Program-made: the position numbers and the translations under genes
Shown here: one piece after another, positions 51,242 to 64,000 of the stretch
Layout of the letters: every line of letters starts with the position of its first letter
Numbering within the stretch: position 1 is the first letter of the stretch
The notes under the pieces: generated by a model
Databases searched by the model: none
Seen by the model: only the letters and a program-made list of their open reading frames with translations
What the model was told of the DNA's origin: nothing
Origin: Eledone cirrhosa
Taxonomy: Eukaryota
Length of the DNA: 64,000 nt
Reading direction: 5' to 3'
NCBI GenBank assembly: GCA_964016885.1
Contig: OZ024748.1
Span: 30,752,001 to 30,816,000 of the forward strand

Positions 51242-52069
51242 TTTAATTATTCAAGAAGAGCTAAGAGAAAATGAACAAGATATAATACAAACTGTTTCCT
51301 TTATTGAGGCAACATTGTGGAATAAAAACATTCGTAGTGTTTCGTTATCAAAATCTCATAGCATATTAGAACTATTTGAGAGGCTTATAATGTCACTAGA
51401 ATTAACAGCCAAAAGACCGCCTGGTACAGCTCAACAAACTAAGAGTATGGTGGATTCTTCAATTATTAGTAGTTCCAATATAAATTCTTCCTCATATGAA
51501 ACTATGGTAGGGAGATCTATAGCGATTATTTGTATGGTTGAGGTGGTGAATTGATTGTGTTGTGGTGTTGATTCATTTGTTGCATGTGTGCTCACTTATA
51601 GCTTGCTGTGGTGTGGTCACTATTGTGTGATACAGTGTGACCAGAGGTTGCATGTGTGTAGGTAAGTGAGGTAGTGTTCAATAAGATGATGATGATATGA
51701 TAGTTCCTTGATCACACAGAAAATGAATATATATAAATGAACCACAATAACACCAAACCGCTATATTATTAATTTATTGAAAATAGCTCATGCTGAAGCT
51801 ATACGAAAAATACACAAGAATTATGTACTTTATTTGTTTGTTTGTAAAAGTAGAGTTGATCTAAGACAGGCTATTTATATCTGTCACTTCCTCTGTTCCC
51901 TGGTTGTCCACTTTCAGACTTGTTTATACCTGAAAAGAAATAACCCAGAAAATGACCATTAAATGTCACCCAGGGGTGACATTTAACGGTGCGAACAGAT
52001 TTTGCTACAGATCTACATATAGGTAAGTTTAGCATGATTAGAGATTTTCTCACTTAATTTTAATATATA

Positions 52070-52107
<38 letters not shown>

Positions 52108-52304
52108 GAAAATGTTTAACCTCGACGGCAGAGCTCAAGCCGTTTCATGGGCTATTTCTGCCCACAAATAGCCGTCAAAACGGCTTGCGCTCTGCCGTCA
52201 GGTTAAACATTTTACTATTACCCACTCTACTACCCTAAGTATTGAGTACTCTGGTGCGTTATAGTCCATCTGGTTCCTTACCACAACTCCTTTGTTATAT
52301 ATAT

Positions 52305-53504
52305 AAACTGTAGCAAAATAGCGGCTGGTGTTCCATTTGCTACACTGTTTGTGAGTGTATGTATATGTTTGTGTGTGTTTGTGTGAATGTATGTCTGTGA
52401 GTGTGTATTTCTGTAAGTGTGTCTATGTTTGCATGTTTAAAATACTCATACAGTCATCAAAGCACTAATTTTCATTTCAGCCATGCAGCATTCAGCATCA
52501 AACCTATCAAGTGCATGTTAGAGATCACCTTCTGCCGATTTAAGAAATATATATATACTGGGCTTTTGCAGAATTTCTGTCTACCAAATTTCTTTCACAA
52601 TGCATTGGTCAACCCTATGATTTAGTAGAAAACATTTGTTGAATCTGAAACCGAGTGGTTACAAATTGAACTCATGAACCAGACAGCCAGGCCTACATCT
52701 TATATATTTATATATATATATATTGGGTACACAAGAGGGGTAGTTGGATAACAGGCAGGCTAACAGGAAAGGAAAATTGGTAATTAAATAAAATCATCAT
52801 CTTCATCATCATCATCATCATTTTACGTCCGCTTGCAAGGGCGGGACGGGTCCTCTTCAGCACAGAATCTCTCCATTCATCACGGTTCTTTGCCATCTCT
52901 GTGAGCTTCAGTGACCTGAAGTCAGCTCTCACCACCTCTCCCCCATGACTTCTGTGGTTTTCCTCTACTGCATTTTCCTTCTACTGGGATTACTTGGCAC
53001 TTCTTCACCCAGCGGTCATCTTCCATGCGCATCACATGTCCATACCAACACATTCTTCTCTCCCCCACACTACAGTTTATCCCTCTTATACACAGTTTCA
53101 CTCTCAACTCGTCCATGCTTGGTTGTTCATGCACATTGACATTGCACATCCATCGGAGCATGCTTGCTTCATTTCTCTCCAGCCTTCACATATCCTCTGC
53201 AATTGCTGTCTATGTCTCACTACCATGCAGCATTGCTCATTTCACACAGGCATCATACAACCGGCCTTTCATTCATAGGGAGAAAACCTTCGTTGTCAAC
53301 AGAGGAAAAAACTTCCTCCATCCTTTCCTTATTCTAGATACTATGGCCTCACAAGCTATCAACCACCACTATAGAACCTACCTGCATTTGAAAAATGTCT
53401 CTATTACTGACATTTCTACTATCAAATTTCCCTGAACATCTACTACACATGAAATTTTCCTTTCCTGTTAGCCTGCCTGTTATCCAACTACCCCTCTTGT
53501 GTAC

Positions 53505-53551
<47 letters not shown>

Positions 53552-54314
53552 GGCCTGGCTGTCTGGTTCATGAGTTCAATTTGTAACCACTCGGTTTCAG
53601 ATTCAACAAATGTTTTCTACTAAATCATAGCATTGTGAAAGAAATTTGGTAGACAGAAATTCTGTAAAAGCCCAGTATATATATATATTTAAGTAAGTAT
53701 GTTTTGAAACAGCGAGCAAGGTTTGAAATTAGAAAATAGAAGCTTTCACAGTATTTTTTGACTAAAGAAATTTTAGCCTGATAGTGGGGTTTAGAACCCT
53801 CAGAGAAATGGAAAAAGATGAGTACTGACGTACATGGGAGTCGAAACCACATCTTTACAATATGTAATGGTAGCACAGTGGTCTGGATAACCAAAGATGT
53901 GGGTTCGACTCCCATGTACGTCAATACTCATCTTTTCCCATTTCTCTGAGGGTTCTAAACCCCACTATCAGGCTAAAATTTCTTTAGTCAAAAAATACGG
54001 TGGAAGCTTCTATTTTCTAATATATATATTTCTTAAATCGGCAGAAGGTGATCTCTAACATGCACTTGATAGGTTTGATGCTGAACGCTGCATGGCTGGA
54101 ATGAAAATTAGTGCTGTGACGACTGTATGAGTATATTATTTTAAACATGCAAACACAGACACACTTACAGAAATACACACTCACACACACACATTCACAC
54201 AAACACACACATACATTCACACAAATACACAAAAACATACATTTACACAAATACATACATACACTCACAAACAGTGTAGCAAATGAAACACCAGCCACTA
54301 TTTTGCTACAGTTT
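52305..54314. repeat. Nested inverted repeats: arms 52305-52778 and 53453-54314; right arm contains a second palindrome 53728-54021
   Basis: reverse-complement matches, e.g. aaactgtagcaaaatag / ctattttgctacagttt and tattgggtacacaagagggg / cccctcttgtgtacccaata. Confidence 0.85.
52795..53345 (-). mobile_element. RTE LINE 3' fragment with (GAT)n tail
   Basis: MLRWMCNV...WYGHVMRM...RGKPQKSW. Confidence 0.8.
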
Positions 54315-54365
54315 TTTCACCATCCCCTTCCTTCCTTTAACACACACATACATTCACACACGCAT

Positions 54366-56160
54366 CATGCAATCAAGCAGTTCTTCAGCAGCTGCCCATC
54401 GGTACCGGCATCCAGGGACTCCAGGCACCTCATTGTCAAGCTTGACATGAGGAATGCCTTTAACTCTTTACGCCAGAATCATCTGCTCGAGGCCTGCCTC
54501 AGCCGAGACCCCTCTGCCTACCCGTTGGCCTACCTGTCATATGGAGCCCCGAGCATGCTCCTAGCTGCTGATACGGTCATACCCTCGGCTACTGGGGTCC
54601 AACAGGGCGACCCTTTGGGACCCCTCCTGTTCGGCCTTGGTATTGACCACATCGCCCAGAGTATCACGGCCCCTCTCAACGTTTGGTATCTGGATGATGC
54701 TACGTTGGGCGGGCCCGTACGGACGGTCTGCCAAGACCTGCCCTGGCGGGAATTGACCTCCAGGTCAACTCGGCCAAGTCTGAGGTGGTGAACATCAGCC
54801 TCGATGTTGTGAGCTTTGCAGCCTCCGTCTTGGACGTGTGATCCATTCTCCACCAGGTTCAGGTGACCCCCAAAGAGGGTGTCCTCATCCTTGGGTCACT
54901 GATCCACCCGCCGGCCATCCGCTCCACCATCAGGTCCAGGCTTCAACAGCTCCAGACTCACACGAGCCGACTGGGCTTGATTGACGGCCACCCAGCTCTC
55001 TTTCTGCTGAGGAACTGCTTTGCCATGTCGAAGCTCCTCTATATACTCCACAGCGCTCCATGCTACACCCAGACATCTCTCCTCGCTGATCTCGATACTT
55101 GTATCCGAGCAGTAGCCGAGGGGATATGTAACGTCAAGTTTGACGACATAGGATGGCAACAGGCCACTTTACTGGTCAGGTATGGCGGCCTAAGCCTCCG
55201 GTCCCCGATCTCACTAGCTTTGCCGGCGTATCTTTCGTCGGTAACCTCGTGCCGCGTCCTCGTCAGCAGGGTTCTTCAAAATACAACAGAACCCTCTGTG
55301 TTCAGAAAACGTGAGGCCGCCTGTGAGACGTGGGACCGGCTGGGACTTAGCCCAGAAGATGTCCCTCTTCCTTCTCCCCCTGTTGACGTCAAGTCCCCCC
55401 AATGCACTTGGGATGACATCCAGTGCAGCCTGGCCCCAGACAGGCTCATGCGCCAGCTCGACCAGCACCGCCTTGCTTGTTTTCGTGCGGCCTCCAAACC
55501 CCACAGTGGTGCCTGGCTCCATGCTCTGCCCTCCTTCTCCACTGGCACACAGCTAGACAACCATAGCCTGCGAATCGGCGTTTCCCTGAGGCTGGCCTCC
55601 GGATCTGCCAGCCACACCAATGTCGCTGCGGTTCCACCGTTGACTCTTTCAGCCGCTTTCCTGTAGCCACAGTGCTGGCTCATTCCACGCCATACTGCCC
55701 TCAACGAGGTCATTAAGCATGGCTTGGATGCTGCAGGCTTCCCTTCCCAGTTCGAGCCGGTGGGGCTGGATCGAGGGGACGGCAAAAGGGCAGATGGCAT
55801 GACCATCTTCCCGTTCCGCAGTGGCAAACCCCTCGTCTGGGATGCCACTTGCACCGACACTTTCTGCAGCCGCAACCTGGTGCAGTCTGCGACTGACCCA
55901 GGTTCTGCTGCACGTCGGGCTGAGGGGGGCCAAACTCCTCAAATACTGGTCGCTCTCCGATAGGTTTGTGGTTGTTCCCCTGGCAGTGGAAACTTCTGGT
56001 GTCCTTGGCCCCAGGACTACCTCCTTACTCACCACCATAGGCGCTGAGCTGGCCAGCCGTAGGTGTGAGCCCCGCGAGTTGGAGTGGCTTTTCCAGCGCG
56101 TCTCCCTTGCCGTCCTCCGGGGAAACGCCTTCTCCATTCTGTCTGCCAGGGCTGTGGGTG
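54366..56160 (+). mobile_element. Frameshifted CRE-like non-LTR retrotransposon (RT plus RLE)
   Basis: KLDMRNAFNSL, GVQQGDPLGPLLF, WYLDD, SGAWL, RH..LN, KRADGMTIFPFRSGKPLVWDAT, PLAVETSG. Confidence 0.85.
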
Positions 56161-56284
56161 GGCCCTATCACATACCATTGCATTAGTTAAATACCATTCT
56201 TTCATCTCATACATATATATAACCCTACTCCATTGAGATGATTTACTTGAAGTGTAGTGAATGTTAGACACTGTTTTTGTAGTT

Positions 56285-56705
56285 GTCATCACCCCTTCCT
56301 TCCTCAATCATGTCTAGTGTTAGGTCATCACCCCTTCCTTCCTCAGTCATCTCAAGTGTGACGTCATCACCCCTTCCTTCTTCAATCATGTCTAGTGTTA
56401 CGTCATCACGCCTTCCTTCCTCAATCATGTCTAGTGTTACGTCATCACCCCTTCCTTCCTCAATCGTCTCTAGTGTGTTACATCATCACCCCTTCCTTCC
56501 TCAGTCATCGCAAGTGTGTGACGTCATCACCCCCTTCCTTCCTCAGTCATGTCTAGTGTTAGGTCATCACCCCTTCCTTCCTCAATCGTCTCTAGTGTGA
56601 TGCCATCACCCCTTCCTTCCTCAATCATGTCTAGTGTATGATGTCATCACCCCTTCCTTCCTCAGTCATCTCTAGTGTGTGACGTCATCACCCCTTCCTT
56701 CCTCA
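56285..56705. repeat. ~39-40-bp minisatellite, ~11 copies
   Basis: gtcatcaccccttccttcctcaatcatgtctagtgtta repeated. Confidence 0.9.
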
Positions 56706-56923
56706 TTGTGTGACAGACTGACAGAAGTCGTTCAAATTTATATATAGATACTACTTTGAGTTGACCAGTGCCCAGCCTTGTGAGTTAAATTTGGTAGACA
56801 AAAACTATGTGGAAGACCATTGTATGTATACACATATCATCATCATCATCATTGTTTAACGTCTATGATAATGCTGATGATAATATATGTATATATATAA
56901 TGGTCTTCCACATAGTTTTTGTC

Positions 56924-56958
<35 letters not shown>

Positions 56959-56960
<2 letters not shown>

Positions 56961-59900
56961 GTCGCTCTAACGAGGTTGTAGAAATGCTTGAACGTAAGGA
57001 GGTCGATGTTTGCTGTATTCAAGAGACCAGGTGGAGGGGTGGATCTGCTAGATTCATTGTGGGTAAAGAACGATGCTATAAGCTTTTCTGGGTGGGAAAT
57101 GACAATGGGTTGGGTGGGGTAGGAATCATGGTAGCAGAAAAGTGGGCAGATAAGATAATAGACGAAAATAGAGTGAACGACAGAATAATTAAAATAAGAC
57201 TTGTCCTCAATAAAACTACGGTGACAGTAATATCTGCGTACGCACCCCAATCCGGACTGCCCGGCGCTATAAAAGACAGATTCTACGAGACACTGATGCT
57301 CGCTACCTCCCAAATAACCGACAGTGACTATATAATTATTGCAGGCGACCTAAATGGTCACGTTGGACAACATTGTGACGGCTATGACGGAATCCATGGA
57401 GGCTATGGGTTCGGTACTAGAAATGAGGAAGGCTCCAGAATCCTGGAATTCTGCGACGCAAATAACTTAACTATCTGTAACACTAACTTCAAAAAACGAG
57501 ACAATCACTTGATCACCTATAGATCGGGGGAACACACAAGCCAGGTAGATTATATCCTTACCAGAAGACGTGACAGAGTGTCTGTTGTTAACACTAAATC
57601 CCTCCCCCATGAAGAATTCACCTCCCAACATAGACTGATAATTAGCGACCTCATAGTCAGGACGAGACGTACTAGACAGCGGAAGAGGACTATCCTCAGG
57701 AGAAAAATATGGAAGCTAAAGGACCCCATAGCCAGAAATAAATTTCAAAGCATATTACTTGACGCTTTCGACAGTAAGGAAGAGCAATTAGAGTCGTATA
57801 ATATAGAGGAACAGTGGGAATTCCTGAGAGCAAACCTGCTGACGGCGGCAGACGAAGTCTGTGGCTGGAGCAGGCCTGTAGGTGGGAGGAGAGTAACATG
57901 GTGGTGGAACAGTAAGGTGGAGGAGTCAATTAAGGCCAAAAAGCAGGCTTGGAAAGTATGGCGGGATGGGGGGAAGTAGAGAAGACTATCAAGTGGTCAG
58001 GAGGGAAGCTAGGAGACAAGTGTACTTCGCAAGAAGGGAAGCAGAGGAAAGAAAGTTCAAGCATGTTCTACAACGTGAGGACCAAAAACGTGAGGTGTTC
58101 AGGATTGCCAGGCAATGTGTCAAGGAAAACCGTGATATTGTCGGGGAGAAGTGTGTACTTAACGATGATGGCATACTTGCCATCACCGACGCTGATAAGA
58201 AGGTAGCTTGGAAGTGTCACTACGAAAGGCTTCTAAATGAGGAGAATAAATGGGAGAAAGACAGTCTCCCCCACATCGACCCAATAGAGGGACCAGCAGT
58301 GTTAGTCCAGGGTAGTACAATAAGCAAGGCAATCAAAGATATGAAGACGGATAAGGCGGCTGGTCCTTCGGAAATAGTTGCTGAGATGCTGAAGGCATCT
58401 GGTTCGGTGGGACACACCATGGTCACCCGGATAGTTAACCAAGTCGTACAGAATGGGGTTGTTCCGAAGGACTGGCGTAGCAGCATCATCGTTAACTGCT
58501 ATAAGGGAAAAGGAGATGCCCTAGATAGGAGTAACTATAGAGGCATTAAATTAATCGACCAGGTCATGAAGGTCACAGAAAAAGTAATAGCGCAACTAAT
58601 CAGAGAGAGAATTGATCTAGATGAAATGCAGTTCGGGTTTGTGTCAGGCAAAAGTACCACAGACGCTCTTTTCATCGTATGACAACTACAGGAGAAGTAC
58701 CTAGCTAAAAGTAAACCCCTATACTTAGCTTTCGTCGACTTGGAGAAAGCCTTCGACAGAGTCCCCCGTTCCATTATCTGGTGGTCTCTCAGAAAACTAG
58801 GTGTTGACGAATGGCTTGTGAGAGCTATACAAGCCATGTATAAAGAAACAGTCAGTAAGGTTAGAATTAACAACGAATATAGTGAAGAGTTTAGCGTAAA
58901 AGTTGGTGTTCATCCGGGCTCTGTTCTTAGCCCCCTACTATTTATTATTGCCCTTCAGGCTATAACAGAGGAGTTCAAGACCGGCTGCCCATGGGAACTC
59001 CTATACGCAGATGATCTAACGCTCATAGCTGAATCAATGACCGAACTAGAGAAGAAATTCCAAACATGGAAGCACGGCCTAGAATCAAAAGGCCTTAAAA
59101 TTAACCTGGCTAAGACTAAAGTTCTAGTTTGTAGGAAAGAAAATAAGGCGGCGGTCCCTTCTGGGAAATGGCTATGCTCAGTGTGTAGGAAAGGCGTAGG
59201 TAGAAACTCCATTTTATGTCCCAAATGCAAAGTATGGGTGCATAAAAGATGTAGTGGGATCACAGGTAAGCTAACTAAGAACATAGATTTTACATGTGGC
59301 CGGTGCTCTGGTGCAATAAGTAGCAGCAAGTGCCCACAAAATACTAGCTCCTTCAACTGCGCAGAGGGTTCTATAGAAATAGTGGACAGCTTCCGTTACC
59401 TGGGTGACAAAATCAGCAGTGGGGGAGGGTGCTCTGAAAGTACAGTAGCTAGAGTCAGAACTGGATGGAAAAAGTTCAGAGAGCTTATACCACTATTAGC
59501 CGCTAGAGGGTTCTCCCTAAAAATGAAAGGCAGGTTATACGATGCCTGCATACGAACAGCAATGCTGCATGGTAGTGAGACCTGGGCATTGTGTGCAGAG
59601 GATATACGCAGACTAGAGAGGAACGAAGCTTGCATGCTCCGCTGGATGTGCAATAGTAATATACGTGAACGGCAAAGCATAAACGAACTAAGGAAAAAAT
59701 TAGAAATAAGAGGGATCAGATGTTGTTTACTCGAGAGAAGGCTACGTTGGTACGGTCACGTGATGCGCATGAAAGACGACAGCTGTATAACAAAGTGCAG
59801 GGCAATAAAGATAGACGGTAGCCACGGAGTAGGCAGACCCAGAAAAACCTGGGACGACATGATAAATTCCGACCTCACACGCTTACACCTCTCCAAGACA

Positions 59901-60466
59901 ATGTCACTGGATCGAGACCTTTGGCGGTACTCAGTAATAGAGAAGACCCGCCTTACCTAAATACAAAGTAAAAACCTACTACAGTCAGTAGGCATCTCTA
60001 TCAAAACACACCCCCGTCCCACCACCTCCACCCCATCCACACCGCCCCTTTCAATGTAAAGTTATGTTGGTCCCACAACATCCAGGCCGAAACAAATGAG
60101 ATCGTGTAGGTGTCACGACAAAAAAAACACACAGTCCACGCTGTAATGTGGCCGTGTAGGCAACACGATAAAAACCTCCCAGCCCCACACTGTAAATGTG
60201 GTTGGTGTTAGGAAGGGCATCCAGCTGTAGAAAACCCGCCAGACAGTCCACGCTGTAATGTGGCCGTGTAGGCAACACGGTAAAAACCTCCCAGCCCCAC
60301 ACTGTAAATGTGGTTGGTGTTAGGAAGGGCATCCAGCTGTAGAAAACCCGCCAGACAGTCCTATGCGAGCAAGACAACCACTCTTGCCTCAAGTGGGAAA
60401 ACCCCCGTCCAAACCCATGCAAGCGTGGAACACGGACGCTAAACCCGATGATGATGATGATGATGA
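56959..60466 (+). mobile_element. Near-full-length RTE-clade LINE (APE + RT + PHD-like finger), one frameshift and one stop, 3' UTR with ~119-bp tandem duplication and (GAT)n tail
   Basis: IQETRW, SAYAPQ, GDLNGH, VDYIL; FVDLEKAFDRVP, YADD; +1 in G6 at 57968-57973; TGA at 58680 where the sister copy (40010) has CGA; 5' end abuts (TA)n. Confidence 0.95.
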
Positions 60467-62029
60467 TATAAATATAAATTAGAGAGAATCGTATTTCGGC
60501 TATTGGAAATTAGCGAAAAACAACTTCCAAGATGTGTGGCAATCGCTCAATAGATTCTAACGAACCAGAGCTACAACATACGTTAAAAGGCCAAACACAC
60601 TGAGATGATGGTTAAACCATTATCCGCACAGCCATAGAAACGACCAAGTAATTTGGGTCAAACAAATTTAAAAAATGTGATTGAAAAATTTACCCGGACC
60701 CCTGGATGGTTGGTAAAATCCAGCATTTGGGTTTCTGCGACTCCTAAATCAAGTACTGTCGCTTAGACAAATAATGTTAAGCTTTTGGTAAGATGATTGA
60801 ACAAGGAAGTCACTTTCTCAACAGGTTTTAGTTCAAGTGCCAGGCCAAGGATTGACCGTTACCAATACCCCATATATATATCATCTCCGTTTAATGTCCA
60901 TTTTTCAATGCTGGCGAGTTGTCCTGTTGTGGACAATGCTAGGTCAGGTGACCGTGTCTTGCTCATACAGAACTGATTCTCGCTTTATTTCTACAGCTGG
61001 ATGCCCTTCCTAACATCAACCTTATTTACTGTGAGGACTGGGTGTTTTTTGTCATGGCACCTACACAACCACTTTATTGTGTGGGCTGGGTGCTTTTAAT
61101 TTGTGTGTGTGTATGTGCCATCATCATCATCACCGTTTAATGTCCATGTTTCCATGTTAGCATGGATTGGTTTCTACAGCTGGATGCCCTTCCTAATGTC
61201 AACCATATTTACAGGGTAGACTGTGTGTTTTCTTTTATCATGGCACCAAAATGACCAACTGACAGGCTGGACTGGGTGCTTTTAGTTGTGTCACCAACAT
61301 GACCACTTTACAGGGAGGGCTTGGTGCTCTTTCACTGGCATGAGCACCTTACATGGTGAACAAGGGACTTTTGTTTTGTACTAGCATGACCACCTTACAG
61401 GATTAACTGGGAGCTTCTAGCCATTTCAGCTGCATTGTGGTGGAGTGTGTTCAGCTTTCCATGCTTGAATGTATATATGGATGAAAGAAGTTTAGAGAGC
61501 TAATCCCACTGTTAACAAAAGGATCCTCCCTATGTACAAAAGGGCAGCTATATCATGATGATGAAGATGTATATACACAGAGGAGGGCATAAAGATCTCC
61601 CACATTTGGAGCAGGCACTGTGTGGGTTGTAGTGGCAGGACAGAGTAGTTCCACCCTGCAGACAAGACTGTGACGCCCAAAATACAGTCCCACTGGGAGA
61701 AGGGTTTGAAGTGACCAACTGGCCTATCCTTCCTCATATCAGTGTCATCCAGTAGCAGGATCCAAAGCTATAGCTACACTGTGAGAAGGGTTAGGCATGG
61801 CCAACTGGCCAGTCCCTCATCATAATAGTGACATATAGCACATGAACTGAGGGTCTGCTGTGTGAAAGGTTCGGCACAGCCAATGGACTTGTGACTCTGC
61901 AGTGAAGAGGGTTTGGTGTGGCCAACTGGCCTGTCCCTCCTCATTTAGCAGCACCACCTAGTTCCAGGCTCCTGGACTATGGTTCTACTGTGAGATGGTG
62001 GTAGTAGTAGTAGTAGTAGTGTTCTGTTG

Positions 62030-62250
62030 CCAGTTTCTTCTAGCTCTGACTATAAGGTCGCTAACTACTAAGTTATGTTGGGCGGTACATTCTTCACTGG
62101 GAGGGATTTTGTGTTCCTAGCCGGCACTCTGTCTTGACTTCTAACGAGAATGAAATTGATTTGGTTGACGTAATCTATAGGTGATTAAGTGGTTGTTTTG
62201 TTACAGATAGATAAGTCTTTTGCACCACAGATTTTCCAAGAACCTGAAGC
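62030..62250 (-). mobile_element. RTE endonuclease-domain fragment
   Basis: NQINFILVRSQDRVPARNTKSLPSEECTAQHNLVVSDL resembles 57540-57655. Confidence 0.65.
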
Positions 62251-62497
62251 ATGATAATGATCATGACAATGACAATAATGATGACAATGATGACAATGAT
62301 GATATATTGTGTAGCTATTGGGCATCAATACAATGCATTTTTTCATCCGAATATATTTTTTATGTCTGTTTAAAGTCAGTAAATTCTGATTAGTTCCGTA
62401 TCAATAATTGCTATCAATTACAGCTGAAAGAGATTATAAACATATGAATAACTTCAATTAAATTGATCTGCTTCTTTTATGTTGACCAGTTTCATTG

Positions 62498-63681
62498 ATT
62501 TATATGAAGCCATAGAGCATATTTTATTTATATGAAGCCATAGGGCATATTTTATTTATATGAAGCCATAGGGCATATTTTATTTATATGAAGCCATAGA
62601 GCATATTTTATTTATATGGAGCCACAGGACATATTTTATTTATATGGAGCCATATAGCATATTTTATTTATATGAAGCCATAGAGCATATTTTATTTATA
62701 TGAAGCCATCGGACATATTTTATTTATATGAAGCCATAGAGCATATTTTATTTATATGAAGCCACAGGACATATTTTATTTATATGAAGCCACAGGACAT
62801 ATTTTATTTATATGAAGCCATAGAGCATATTTTATTTATATGAAGCCATAGAGCATATTTTATTTATATGAAGCCATAGAGCATATTTTATTTATATGAA
62901 GCCACAGGACATATTTTATTTATATGAAGCCACAGGACATATTTTATTTATATGAAGCGATAGGGCATATTTTATTTATATGAAGCCGCAGGACATATTT
63001 TATATTTATGAAGCCACAGGGCATATTTTACTTATATGAAGCCATAGGGCATATTTTATTTATATGAAGCCACAGGGCATATTTTATTTATACGAAGCGA
63101 TAGGGTATATTTTATTTATATGAAGCCATAGAGCATATTTTATTTATATGAAGCCACAGGACATATTTTATTTATATGAAGCCGCAGGACATATTTTATT
63201 TATATGAAGCCACAGGACATATTTTACTTATATGAAGCCATAGGGCATATTTTATTTATATGAAGCCACAGGACATATTTTACTTATATGAAGCCATAGG
63301 GCATATTTTATTTATATGAAGCCACAGGACATATTTTACTTATATGAAGCCATAGGGCATATTTTATTTATATGAAGCCATAGAGCATATTTTATTTATA
63401 TGAAGCCATAGAGCATATTTTATTTATATGAAGCCATAGAGCATATTTTATTTATATGAAGCCATAGAGCATATTTTATTTATATGAAGCCATAGAGCAT
63501 ATTTTATTTATATGAAGCCATAGAGCATATTTTATTTATATGAAGCCACAGGACATATTTTATTTATATGAAGCCACAGGACATATTTTACTTATATGAA
63601 GCCATAGAGCATATTTTATTTATATGAAGCCATAGGACATATTTTATTTACATGAAGCCATAGAGCATATTTTATTTATAT
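62498..63681. repeat. 28-bp minisatellite, ~42 copies
   Basis: atattttatttatatgaagccatagagc with variants cataggg / cacagga. Confidence 0.95.
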
Positions 63682-64000
63682 ACTTTTTTGATTATTGATT
63701 TTTGTGTAACAGGGTTGTCTGCAGCTTCATTTTCAAATGGAATAAAATTTTAAAGCTAATTCTTTTCCATCCTGTGGCATTTGAGTGGAGCTGAATTACA
63801 GCTCTGACACTATGAGCATCATCATCATCATCATCATCGTGCTTAGAATGTCTCAGGAAAGAATCGTTGGACAGATTTTACAGGCAAAACCAATTGGCAG
63901 GAAACCCCAAGCAAGCCGGTTAGATAACATCCATGAGCTCAGCTGATCTCGCTTGGGAATCCAGCTGGATCAATTGGGGATGGTTGCTTCTGACAGGACC

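Noticed and set aside
53862-53923. Functional tRNA gene (also SINE heads such as 1631-1720)
   Set aside because: No complete acceptor stem or cloverleaf; embedded in repeats
58680-58682. In-frame TGA as selenocysteine or readthrough
   Set aside because: Sister copy has CGA (40010); simple CpG transition
60595-60660. ctgagatga...gaaac...gta as a hammerhead
   Set aside because: Core spacing is wrong and stems I and III are weak
62498-63681. 28-bp array as a CRISPR-like locus (also 3788-4000, 56285-56705)
   Set aside because: Head-to-tail units with no unique spacers, eukaryotic context, no cas genes

Overview
AT-rich, repeat-dense animal genomic DNA. The SINE/RTE content and abundant (TA)n tracts suggest an octopus or other coleoid cephalopod (inference only). 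Two tandem minus-strand paralogous genes can be spliced together by eye. Gene A (6 coding exons, 33955->3399, all phase-1 introns, 285 aa) encodes a signal peptide plus three PAN/Apple-like domains. Gene B (4 exons, 50532->37541) has two PAN-like domains and two +1 homopolymer frameshifts. Most of the rest is mobile DNA: RTE-clade LINEs (one near full length; one with an intact ORF rearranged as a twin-priming 5' inversion), an R4/Dong-like element in (TAA)n, CRE-like and CR1-like fragments, Penelope-like (GIY-YIG) remnants, a Helitron, MITEs, tRNA-derived SINEs and minisatellites. The most striking signal is about 12 type-I hammerhead ribozyme motifs from several unrelated sequence families. 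Most sit in ORF-less head-to-head foldbacks or a tandem repeat next to (TA)n, including a near-perfect 6.6-kb palindrome and a 319-nt retrozyme-like monomer.
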